Shown here: piece by piece, positions 1-8,388 of the stretch
Layout of the letters: the number at the start of each line of letters is the position of its first letter
Position numbering within the stretch: position 1 is the first letter of the stretch
Origin: Gammaproteobacteria bacterium
Lineage (GTDB): Bacteria; Pseudomonadota; Gammaproteobacteria; Eutrophobiales; Eutrophobiaceae
Length of the DNA: 64,000 nucleotides
Assembly: GCA_965222155.1 (NCBI GenBank)
Contig: CBDCTH010000012.1
Location: 2,112,001 to 2,176,000 of the forward strand
Reading direction: 5' to 3'
Program-made: the position numbers and the translations under genes
Notes under the pieces: model-generated
The model's database searches: none
What the model saw: the letters and a program-made list of their open reading frames with translations, nothing else
Told to the model about the DNA's origin: nothing

Positions 1-151
1 CCGCGTCGTCTTCCGGATCCCGGGGAGGGATATTAAGATTCGTATCCAGCCAGACAAAGTAAAAAGAGGAACCGATCCAGGCGATACCCACGATCAGGTG
101 CGCCCAGCGCAACAACAGGTTCAGCCATTCCAGTATGTATGCTTCCATCAT
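1..151 (-). CDS. puuD: Urate hydroxylase PuuD (DUF989) N-terminus, runs off the window edge
   Basis: Manual translation MMEAYILEWLNLLLRWAHLIVGIAWIGSSFYFVWLD matches the PuuD N-terminal motif; lies downstream of xdhC. Confidence 0.85.
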   Translation of the reverse strand, partial: MMEAYILEWLNLLLRWAHLIVGIAWIGSSFYFVWLDTNLNIPPRDPEDDA

Positions 152-156
152 TTGAA

Positions 157-201
157 TATCCGCAGATTACGCAGATTATCGCAGATAATTATCTGCGGAT
201 T
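157..201. repeat. GCAGAT-type short palindromic repeat (atccgcagattacgcagat family)
   Basis: Same motif at 23336-23386, 23563-23596 and 47388-47409; overlaps the xdhC stop. Confidence 0.75.
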
Positions 202-1249
202 TTATTTTAAGCAATTGGGCGGCAACGGACACGGCAATAACGCCGGGTTCCTTTGATTCAATGCCGGGAATGCCGATGGGACAGGTCAGCCGTTCCAGTT
301 GCCGTTCGTTCAGGCCTTTTTCACTTAGTCTCTGCACAAAACGCCGGTGTTTGGTTGCCGATCCGATCAAGCCGAGGAAAGCGAAATCATCCCTGCGCAA
401 CAGGGCCTCACACAGGTCCTGGTCGAGTTGATGGCTGTGAGTCATGACCAGGCAATACGCTTGCCTGGACAGGCCATCGATTTCCGCGACCGGGTTATCT
501 GTGAGCCGGGGCTCTACGTTGGACGGCAGTTCCTCCGGAAACTGCCCGGCGCGACTGTCTACCCAGGTGATGCTGCAGAGGGTGGCGCCAGCCAGGGCAC
601 TCACCAGGGCGCGGCCCACGTGGCCGGCGCCGAACAGTACGACCTGGAAATCACAAGGTGAGATCACTTCGAAGAACAGGACATCCGATATATCCGGCAG
701 GGTCGATTGCGTCTCGACCAGGGGGTGCAACAGGGAGGTTTCCGGCGCGCCCTGTGCGGACAGGAACGCGGCCGCTTTTGCTGTTGCGAGCTCGTCGAGG
801 TTTTTATCGCCCAGGCTGCCCGTAATGCCTGCTTCCGTGAATATCATTTTCCCGGTAAGCGAAGTCCGGCTCACCAATAACGCGGGAGTGTTGTTTTGTT
901 CGCTGGCTGCTGCGACGGATACCCAATCGGCCTGTCCGTATCTTACTACTTCAAAATGCAGGAAGACCGCGCCGCCGCAACATTGTTGCAGCATGGAACC
1001 AAGTGGAAATAATTCAATAACGCGTCGCGTACCCGGCATGTGTGGTTTATCCAGCCGGGACCGTGCAATGCGGATGGCTTCATATTCAAGATTCCCGCCG
1101 CCGATAGTACCTAATACCTGTGCAGGGGTCACGATCATGCGCGCGCCCGCCTCACGCGGCGCCGAACCGGCTATATGGGCAACCGTCACCAGTACACAGG
1201 GATGATTGCTGCTCACAACATCAAGCAGCGTCGAAAAGCAATTGTTCAT
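176..1249 (-). CDS. xdhC: Xanthine dehydrogenase accessory protein XdhC
   Basis: GSAPREAGA, GTIGGGNLE, QCCGG, FGAGHVG, VMTHSHQLD, LGLIGS, CPIGI motifs; follows xdhB. Confidence 0.95.
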   Translation of the reverse strand: MNNCFSTLLDVVSSNHPCVLVTVAHIAGSAPREAGARMIVTPAQVLGTIGGGNLEYEAIRIARSRLDKPHMPGTRRVIELFPLGSMLQQCCGGAVFLHFEVVRYGQADWVSVAAASEQNNTPALLVSRTSLTGKMIFTEAGITGSLGDKNLDELATAKAAAFLSAQGAPETSLLHPLVETQSTLPDISDVLFFEVISPCDFQVVLFGAGHVGRALVSALAGATLCSITWVDSRAGQFPEELPSNVEPRLTDNPVAEIDGLSRQAYCLVMTHSHQLDQDLCEALLRRDDFAFLGLIGSATKHRRFVQRLSEKGLNERQLERLTCPIGIPGIESKEPGVIAVSVAAQLLKIKSADNYLR

Positions 1250-1262
1250 GTCAGTTGTTGAT

Positions 1263-1393
1263 TTAAGCCACAGAGGGCACAGAGTGGATCGAGAATCTTT
1301 TTATTACATGGGTAGGCTGCGTGTTTATCAATTCATCCTGGTCGTCATTCATATTGTTTTTTCTCTGTGATCTCTGTGTCCTCTGTGGCTTAA
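1263..1393. repeat. CACAGAG-type inverted-repeat element
   Basis: ttaagccacagagggcacagag ... ctctgtgtcctctgtggcttaa; related motif at 47461-47496. Confidence 0.7.
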
Positions 1394-1419
1394 GCTGTTT
1401 TTCTCTGTGGCAAAAAACA

Positions 1420-3735
1420 TCAGTCTTGCTGCAACAACTCTTCAATACTGTTCAATACCTGCTCCGGGGTGGACGGCGCATGTAATATTGGCCTGACCTG
1501 ACCGGCGCGCAGTGCAGCTATGGCGTCTTTCAAGGCATGAAAAACCGATATGGCGAGCATGAGTGGCGGCTCGCCCACCGCCTTGGAGCGGTAGATCGTC
1601 TGTTCTCTGTTCCTGCCCCAGTCGATCAGTTCCACGTTGCATTCAGGCGGCCAGTCACTGCCGGTCGGGATTTTGTAGGTGGACGGGGCATGGGTCATCA
1701 GTTTCCCGGCAGAGTCCCACCACAACTCCTCACTGGTGAGCCAACCGGCGCCTTGCAGGAAACCGCCCTCCACCTGTCCCATGTCGACGGCCGGATTCAA
1801 TGACTCCCCGGCGTCGTGCAGGATATCCACGCGCAGTGTTTTATGTTCGCCGGTCAGGGTATCCAGCAGCACCTCGGTCACCGCCGCGCCGTAGGCGAAA
1901 TAGAAAAACGGGCGTCCGGTCAGGGTATTCGGGTCATAATCGATCCTGGGAGTGCGGTAATAGCCGGTGGAGGACAGGGAAATACGCGCCAGGTAAGCCT
2001 GGTTGGTCAACTCGGCAAAATCAATCAGCTTCCCGCCTGCCCGCACCCCTGCCGGTGTAAAGCAGACCTGCTCCTCCGCTACCCCATACTTTTGCGCGGC
2101 AAACCCGGTCAGGCGCTGCCTGATCACTACGGCCGCCGCCCTGGCGGCCATGCCGTTGAGATCACTGCCGGACGAGGCAGCCGTTGCAGAGGTATTCGGA
2201 ACTTTTCCGGTATTGGCAGCGGTACATTTTATCCTGTCCCGGTCTACCTGGAACTCCTCGGCTATCACCTGGGCGACCTTGGTATATAGTCCCTGCCCCA
2301 TTTCGGTCCCCCCATGGTTCAACATAATGCTGCCGTCGCGGTAAACATGCAGCAAGGCGCCTGCCTGGTTGTAGAACGTGGCAGTAAAGGAAATACCGAA
2401 TTTGACCGGCGTGAGTGCGATACCTTTTTTAAGGATGCTACCGGTAGCATTGAATTCCTCCACCTGCCGGCGCCTTTCCCGATAAGCGGATTTTTCTTCG
2501 AGTTCTTCCACCAACTCATGGATGATATTATCTTCCAACGTCATGCTGTATGGCGTTACGTTCCTGTCATCCTTGCCGTAGAAATTGATTTTGCGTACGT
2601 CCAGGGGGTCTTTATCAAGAAAACGGGCAATTTCGTCGATGACGTTCTCGATTCCCATCATCCCCTGGGGTCCGCCAAACCCCCTGAAGGCCACGTTTGA
2701 TGCCTTATGGGTCTTACAACGGTGGGAAGTAATCGTCACATGCTCCAGGAAATAGCAGTTGTCGCTGTGGAACATGGCGCGTACGTTAATGGGGCCTGAC
2801 AAATCAGCCGAACGCCCGCAATCGGAGGCCAGTTCCAGGTCGATACCCTTGATCAGTCCGCGCACATCAAAGCCGACCTTGTAATCGATGCGGAAGCCAT
2901 GGCGTTTGCCGGTAATGGTCATGTCATCATCACGATCCACCCGTAATTTTACCGGCCGGCCGGTTTTGTGCGCGCCGACGGCGGCAATCACGGCAAACAG
3001 GGCCGGCGTGGTTTCCTTGCCACCGAAACCACCGCCCATGCGCCGGCATTCAACCACCACGTCCTTCGAGGAAATATGCAATGCGTGGGCAACCAGATGC
3101 TGCACCTCCGTCGGGTGCTGGGTAGAGGTGTGGACCAGCATGGCGCCGTCCTCCCGGGGATATGCCGTGGTTATCTGCCCCTCCAGGTAAAAATGGTCCT
3201 GCCCGCCAACCCTCAAACGGCCCTGCAATTGATTGGCTGCTGCGGAAATTGCCGGTTCCGGTTGACCACGAACAATGGTCTGGGCAGGGAGCACGAAGGA
3301 TTCCTGCGCCATGGCGCTGTCTATATCCAGGATGGCCGGCAGTTCTTCATATTCGATGCTGGCCAGGCGTGCGGCCTTGCGGGCATTGATCACCGTATCG
3401 GCCAGTACGGCAAAAATGGATTGCCCCACATATTCGACGAGGCCATCTGCAAAAACGGGATCATCCGCCAGTATGGGACCGTGGTTGTTGGCGCCGGGAA
3501 TATCTTCCGCGCTGATGATTTCCACTACGCCGGGTGATGATCGGACCGCAGTGAAATCGATATGCCTGATCCGGGCATTGGCCTTGGTGCTGAAACCGAT
3601 AGCGGCATACAGCAGGCCCCTGGGCTCAGGCTGGTCGTCCACATATTCAGCCTCCCCGCTCACATGCAGGTGGGCGCTTTCATGGGGCAGCGCTGCGCCC
3701 ACACTAAAAATGTCTTTTTTATGAGTCATCGACAT
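1420..3735 (-). CDS. xdhB: Xanthine dehydrogenase molybdopterin-binding subunit
   Basis: HESAHLHVSG, RMGGGFGGKE, AFRGFGGPQG, HGGTEMGQG, SKAVGEPP motifs. Confidence 0.97.
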   Translation of the reverse strand: MSMTHKKDIFSVGAALPHESAHLHVSGEAEYVDDQPEPRGLLYAAIGFSTKANARIRHIDFTAVRSSPGVVEIISAEDIPGANNHGPILADDPVFADGLVEYVGQSIFAVLADTVINARKAARLASIEYEELPAILDIDSAMAQESFVLPAQTIVRGQPEPAISAAANQLQGRLRVGGQDHFYLEGQITTAYPREDGAMLVHTSTQHPTEVQHLVAHALHISSKDVVVECRRMGGGFGGKETTPALFAVIAAVGAHKTGRPVKLRVDRDDDMTITGKRHGFRIDYKVGFDVRGLIKGIDLELASDCGRSADLSGPINVRAMFHSDNCYFLEHVTITSHRCKTHKASNVAFRGFGGPQGMMGIENVIDEIARFLDKDPLDVRKINFYGKDDRNVTPYSMTLEDNIIHELVEELEEKSAYRERRRQVEEFNATGSILKKGIALTPVKFGISFTATFYNQAGALLHVYRDGSIMLNHGGTEMGQGLYTKVAQVIAEEFQVDRDRIKCTAANTGKVPNTSATAASSGSDLNGMAARAAAVVIRQRLTGFAAQKYGVAEEQVCFTPAGVRAGGKLIDFAELTNQAYLARISLSSTGYYRTPRIDYDPNTLTGRPFFYFAYGAAVTEVLLDTLTGEHKTLRVDILHDAGESLNPAVDMGQVEGGFLQGAGWLTSEELWWDSAGKLMTHAPSTYKIPTGSDWPPECNVELIDWGRNREQTIYRSKAVGEPPLMLAISVFHALKDAIAALRAGQVRPILHAPSTPEQVLNSIEELLQQD

Positions 3736-3739
3736 TTGG

Positions 3740-3823
3740 ACATTTGGGGTCAGCGTAAAAATATATTTAGTTAAGTGGGCTTACTGATTTATAGCCGAGT
3801 ATTTTTACTCTGACCCCAAATGT
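3740..3823. repeat. GGGGTCAG/CTGACCCC palindromic element
   Basis: 24-bp inverted repeat (3740-3763 vs 3800-3823, one mismatch); relative at 35624-35700; contains the xdhA stop. Confidence 0.8.
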
Positions 3824-5331
3824 TGCCAAATATTGGTGGACTCGACACCTGTTGTTTCAATATAGAAACGTTTTAACAGGTTGCCGGCCACGCACCGGCG
3901 GTATGCGGCTGAGGCGCGCATATCGGTTAACGGTTGATAATCCTCTACAAGGGCCTTTATTGCCGCTTCAACTGTTGCTTCATTCCAGGGCTGGTCGCGT
4001 AATGCGGCTTCGCAGTGTTTTGCCCGTTGCGGGACCGCCGCCATACCGCCATAGCAGATGCGCACATCGGCAACGACGTCTGCCTCAAGGTGCAGAAAAT
4101 AAGCGCCGCAGACTGCGGAGATATCCTGGTCATAACGTTTGGCAATCTTGTAGGAACGGAAATGTTTGCCGGCTCCCTGCTGCAAGGGAACCCGTACTGC
4201 CTGGACAAACTCGGATTGTTGCAAGGCATTTTCCCGGTAGCCCAGGTAAAATTCATCCAGGGGTAATTCGCGTACCTGTTTGCCGCGCCGCAGGACCAGC
4301 GTTGCGCCCAGGCTGATCAGCGCCGGCATCGTATCGCCGATGGGCGAACCATTGGCAATGTTGCCGCACAGGGTAGCGGCGTTGCGGATGGGAGGCGAGG
4401 CAAATCGGCGCATGATTTCATACAGATCAGGATAGTGTTTTCCCAGGACTGCAAAGGCATCGGTGAGACTGACCGCAGCACCGATTTCCAGCTGGTCTTC
4501 GGTTTCATCAACATAATCCAGTTCCCTGACCCGGCCCAGGTAGATAATTACGCCAAGCTCACGATATTGTTTGGTCACCCATAAGCCCACGTCGGTAGCG
4601 CCGGCCAGTATCGTGGCGTTGGGATAGCGCATCAATAAATCCGCCAGTTCGGACAGGCTTGCCGGAGCGAAATATTTATCCCGTACTACGATACGGGACC
4701 TGTCCGTTTCATCGGCGCGGGAATGACTGTGGGTAGATAACTCCAGGGAAACAGCGGGACGGATATCTTCAAGCCGGCGCGCCAGTTCCCGCTCATCGAC
4801 CAGGTCCTGCCCATAGCCGTACATGCTGCCCGCCGCATGGATGATAGGCCGATAACCGGTACAACGGCAAAGGTTACCGGACAGTGCGTCATCAATCTCC
4901 GCCCGCGTGGGGCCGGGGTTATTCTTATAGAGGGCAAACAGCGACATGACAAATCCTGGCGTACAGAAACCACATTGGGAACCGTGACAGTCCACCATGG
5001 CCTGCTGCACCGGGTGTAACCCCTGACTGCTGATCTGCTTCAGACTCTCCACGGTGTACAAAGCCTTACCGTTTAAGGTCGGAAGAAACTGGATACAGGA
5101 ATTGATGGAACGAAAGCGTACCCGTCCCGTGTCCAGATCGGCAACGACGACGGTGCAGGCGCCGCAATCCCCCTCCGCACAGCCTTCTTTGGCGCCCGTG
5201 CGTTGCAAATCCTCTCTCAGGTAATTCAATACGGTGGTCGTAGGAGCAACGTCTGCAACTTCATGCACATGGTTATCCAACAGGAAACGTATAGTCCCGT
5301 TAGCCGTGTCTTTATGGTTCGTCCCGGCCAT
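3805..5331 (-). CDS. xdhA: Xanthine dehydrogenase small subunit (2Fe-2S/FAD)
   Basis: KEGCAEGDCGAC, QCGFCTPG, GNLCRCTGY, AGATDVGL motifs; start placed at ATG 5331 to avoid overlap with uraH. Confidence 0.95.
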   Translation of the reverse strand: MAGTNHKDTANGTIRFLLDNHVHEVADVAPTTTVLNYLREDLQRTGAKEGCAEGDCGACTVVVADLDTGRVRFRSINSCIQFLPTLNGKALYTVESLKQISSQGLHPVQQAMVDCHGSQCGFCTPGFVMSLFALYKNNPGPTRAEIDDALSGNLCRCTGYRPIIHAAGSMYGYGQDLVDERELARRLEDIRPAVSLELSTHSHSRADETDRSRIVVRDKYFAPASLSELADLLMRYPNATILAGATDVGLWVTKQYRELGVIIYLGRVRELDYVDETEDQLEIGAAVSLTDAFAVLGKHYPDLYEIMRRFASPPIRNAATLCGNIANGSPIGDTMPALISLGATLVLRRGKQVRELPLDEFYLGYRENALQQSEFVQAVRVPLQQGAGKHFRSYKIAKRYDQDISAVCGAYFLHLEADVVADVRICYGGMAAVPQRAKHCEAALRDQPWNEATVEAAIKALVEDYQPLTDMRASAAYRRCVAGNLLKRFYIETTGVESTNIWQHLGSE

Positions 5332-5335
5332 GAAG

Positions 5336-5689
5336 TCAACTGCCGCGATAAGTGCTGTAGCTCCATGGTGAGACCAGCAGGGGAACATGGTAGTGTTCAG
5401 TGGTGGCGGCAATGCCGAAACGCAAGGTCACCCGATCGAGAAAAGGCGGTTCAGGCAACTCAACTCCCAAGGCAGTAAAATACTCGGCTACGTGGAATAC
5501 CAGCTCCCAGGCGCCCACCCTGAACGCTTCTCCATCGAGCATCGGCTCGGCGCAACGCCCGTTTGAATCGGTCGTTACGGTCTTCACCGGGGTACGCGTT
5601 TCACCGTCAATCGAAAACAACTCGACCGTCATGCCCGCGGCGGGCAAGCCATGCGCCGTATCCAGAACGTGTGTAGTCAGAAAGCCCAT
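5336..5689 (-). CDS. uraH: 5-hydroxyisourate hydrolase (transthyretin-like)
   Basis: LTTHVLD N-terminus, HYHVPLL, diagnostic C-terminal YRGS. Confidence 0.96.
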   Translation of the reverse strand: MGFLTTHVLDTAHGLPAAGMTVELFSIDGETRTPVKTVTTDSNGRCAEPMLDGEAFRVGAWELVFHVAEYFTALGVELPEPPFLDRVTLRFGIAATTEHYHVPLLVSPWSYSTYRGS

Positions 5690-5740
5690 GTTACCAGCTA
5701 TCATAAACCATTATCTTTTGGAATCCAGCCAAACTGCGGG

Positions 5741-6016
5741 CAGGCTTGGATGAGCTTTTCAAGACTTGCTGTGAATACATCCCTGTACGTTCATTGCGTC
5801 CATCCTTGGGCGCAACCCTTCGGGCGGCTTACGCCGTGCAAATCGTCTATCCTGACGATTTGTTACCATCCGCTATCCCTGCGGATGATGGTCCTGACAA
5901 ATTTGTCTGGAACAAATTTGGACGTCCGCAGAACGCCCGTAGGGTGTGCGCCAGAGCCTGCCCCTGTATGGAGTTGAGCAGGGGGAAGGCGCACATTAAA
6001 AGCTCATCCAAGCCTG
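5741..6016. mobile_element. Composite MITE-like element with 19-bp terminal inverted repeats and nested hairpin units
   Basis: caggcttggatgagctttt (5741-5759) / aaaagctcatccaagcctg (5998-6016); an internal unit recurs at 57948-58033. Confidence 0.75.
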
Positions 6017-7059
6017 TTCTCAGCAGCATCTAATTCCGTGATCAGCGCTGATTTGGAATCTGCATCAAGCAGGGACGCCTCAAAGGAATTCCGGGCAAGT
6101 TGTACCAGTTCCGACCGGTCCAGGTTCAGGGCATAGGCAACCGCGAGGTAGTTTTCATTGACGTAGCCGCCAAAATAGGCAGGATCGTCAGAGTTGACAG
6201 TAACCAACAGCCCGAGATCCAGCATGCGCTTCAATGGGTGGGCGGTCATGTCGTCCACGACACAAAGCTTCACATTACTGAGTGGGCAGACCGTCAGCGG
6301 AATTCGCCTTCGCACCAGTTCTGCAACCAGGTCGGCATCTGTCAGCGCGTTGTTTCCGTGGTCGATGCGTACTACCTCGAGCGCGTTCAGCGCTTCCCGG
6401 ACATATTCGGCGGGACCTTCCTCACCGGCATGGGCCACGGCGATAAAACCCGCAGCCCGGGCGCGCCGGAATACTTCACGGAATTTGCCCGGCGGATTAC
6501 CGCGCTCGGATGAATCGAGCCCGACTCCGGCGATACGGTCCCGATAAACCATCGCTGTATCCAGGGTTTCCAGTGCAGCCGCTTCGTCCAGGTGGCGCAG
6601 AAAACACAGGATCAAACGGGAACTGATACCCAGTCTGGCCTCAGCATCGGCCAGGGCCCGGCTGATGCCGTCAATCACTGTGGCAAACGCAACCCCGCGC
6701 CCGGTGTGGGTCTGCGGGTCGAAAAAGATCTCGGCATGGCGCACGTTCTGGGCAAACGCCCGCTGCAGATAGGCCCAGGTCAGGTCGTAGAAGTCCTGCA
6801 TTTCAACAAGTGCGTTGGCGCCGGCATAATAAATATCGAGAAAGTCCTGCAGGTTGGAAAACCGGTAAGCCGCCTTCACTTCTTCAATCGAGGCATAGGG
6901 CAGTTCAATACCGTTGCGTCCGGCAATGGCAAACATCAACTCAGGCTCAAGCGTACCCTCGATATGCAGGTGCAGCTCCGCCTTCGGCAAGGCGGCGACA
7001 AACGCAGCCAGGTTGTCGTTTTCCCGGGCCGGGAAGCGGGAAGGTGAAACGTCACTCAT
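6004..7059 (-). CDS. Adenine/adenosine deaminase (amidohydrolase family)
   Basis: PKAELHLHIEGTLEP, HAGEEG, RIDHG, CPLSN, NSDDPAYFGG motifs; purine catabolism context; start uncertain (ORF open to 7137). Confidence 0.92.
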   Translation of the reverse strand: MSDVSPSRFPARENDNLAAFVAALPKAELHLHIEGTLEPELMFAIAGRNGIELPYASIEEVKAAYRFSNLQDFLDIYYAGANALVEMQDFYDLTWAYLQRAFAQNVRHAEIFFDPQTHTGRGVAFATVIDGISRALADAEARLGISSRLILCFLRHLDEAAALETLDTAMVYRDRIAGVGLDSSERGNPPGKFREVFRRARAAGFIAVAHAGEEGPAEYVREALNALEVVRIDHGNNALTDADLVAELVRRRIPLTVCPLSNVKLCVVDDMTAHPLKRMLDLGLLVTVNSDDPAYFGGYVNENYLAVAYALNLDRSELVQLARNSFEASLLDADSKSALITELDAAENRLG

Positions 7060-7170
7060 ATAAGCCGAACCAACTGTAATACGGTATCGGTCAGTATCAA
7101 ACAAACACCTGGTTTCAGTCAAACGATTTGACTGCACACCGGAGAAATGTGATATCTCTCTGGTTACTGC

Positions 7171-7836
7171 GTGATGTATACTAAATCCATGACAATGCCC
7201 GCTGACAAACGCAAAGGCACTCTGTTTATCATTGCTGCCCCTTCCGGTGCCGGGAAGACTTCCCTGGTGCGAGCGCTGGTGGAAATGATTCCTGATTTAT
7301 ATGTTTCCATTTCGCACACGACCCGTCCGTCACGGCCCCATGAGAAAAACGCGGTCGATTATTACTTTGTCAGTGAAGATGAATTCCAGGACCTGGTTGG
7401 GCAAAACCGGTTCCTTGAGCATGCCGTTGTGTTTGACCACCGCTACGGTACCTCGTGTACCTGGGTGGAACAGCAACTGGCTGACGGCAAGGACATCATC
7501 CTGGAGATAGACTGGCAGGGCGCGCAACAGGTTCGGGCGAGGCTGAAAGACGCGGTCAATATCTTTATCCTGCCCCCTTCTCTTGCGGCCCTGGAAGAAC
7601 GCCTGAAGGGGCGGGGTGATAATGAAGGGAATATCCGCCGGCGCCTGCGGGATGCCGTCAGCGAAATAGAGCATTACAAGGAATACGACTACCTGGTTGT
7701 GAATGACAACTTTGCTGAAACTCTGAAACAGCTTGCGGCAATCCTTGTCTCTGTGAGGCATAACTACAGCCGGCAGCAGGATTATTTTGATAAATTACTT
7801 AAGGAAATATTGCAACAAGACGGAAACTTCCGGTAA
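7171..7836 (+). CDS. gmk: Guanylate kinase
   Basis: APSGAGKTS, SHTTR, LEIDWQGA motifs; precedes rpoZ; true start probably 7189 or 7195. Confidence 0.97.
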   Translation: MMYTKSMTMPADKRKGTLFIIAAPSGAGKTSLVRALVEMIPDLYVSISHTTRPSRPHEKNAVDYYFVSEDEFQDLVGQNRFLEHAVVFDHRYGTSCTWVEQQLADGKDIILEIDWQGAQQVRARLKDAVNIFILPPSLAALEERLKGRGDNEGNIRRRLRDAVSEIEHYKEYDYLVVNDNFAETLKQLAAILVSVRHNYSRQQDYFDKLLKEILQQDGNFR

Positions 7837-7917
7837 ACTGACACAACATCTGGGCGCCTGTATCAACCAACGGCACACACACTATCTGTAGGATAATTTC
7901 ATATTTCGGGAATTAAC

Positions 7918-8202
7918 ATGGCTAGACTGACTGTAGAAGACTGTTTGGAAAATATTGAAAACCGCTATGACCTGGTTTTATTGGCCAGCAAACGTACCCG
8001 GCAACTCCTTATGGGCTCCGATCCCCTGATCGAGGATCAGTCGGATAAGCCTACTGTGATGGCTTTGCGGGAAATCGCAGCGGGAGTCGTCACCTATGAG
8101 AATATTGAAGCTATCGGCAGATCACAGTTTGACTCTGATATAGAAGATATAGAATTCCAGACCATGGACACAGGCGAAATCGCCAACGAAGATTCATTCT
8201 GA
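7918..8202 (+). CDS. rpoZ: RNA polymerase omega subunit
   Basis: [34 protein letters not shown]. Confidence 0.97.
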   Translation: MARLTVEDCLENIENRYDLVLLASKRTRQLLMGSDPLIEDQSDKPTVMALREIAAGVVTYENIEAIGRSQFDSDIEDIEFQTMDTGEIANEDSF

Positions 8203-8388
8203 AACGGATTTTCAGTTAACCTGAAGCCAACCCCGGAAAGCCGCTTTGCCGGCAGATGACAGGGCATCAGGACTCTCTATTCCATTCGGATTTCCACTTG
8301 CTCCGTGAGTTGATGTCAAGCTGCCGCTGGCGCCGGGCCTGGCAGGGTTTTGCCCCTTTTTCCGGAAATGCAGGTTATACTTCCCGTT

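Noticed and set aside
5704-6004. Purine or xanthine riboswitch upstream of uraH
   Set aside because: The structure is explained by repeat units that recur at 57948-58033 in an unrelated context; no riboswitch consensus recognised.
5651-6033. ORFs 5651-5977, 5746-6033 and 5847-6029
   Set aside because: They are translations of the composite palindromic element, not protein-like.
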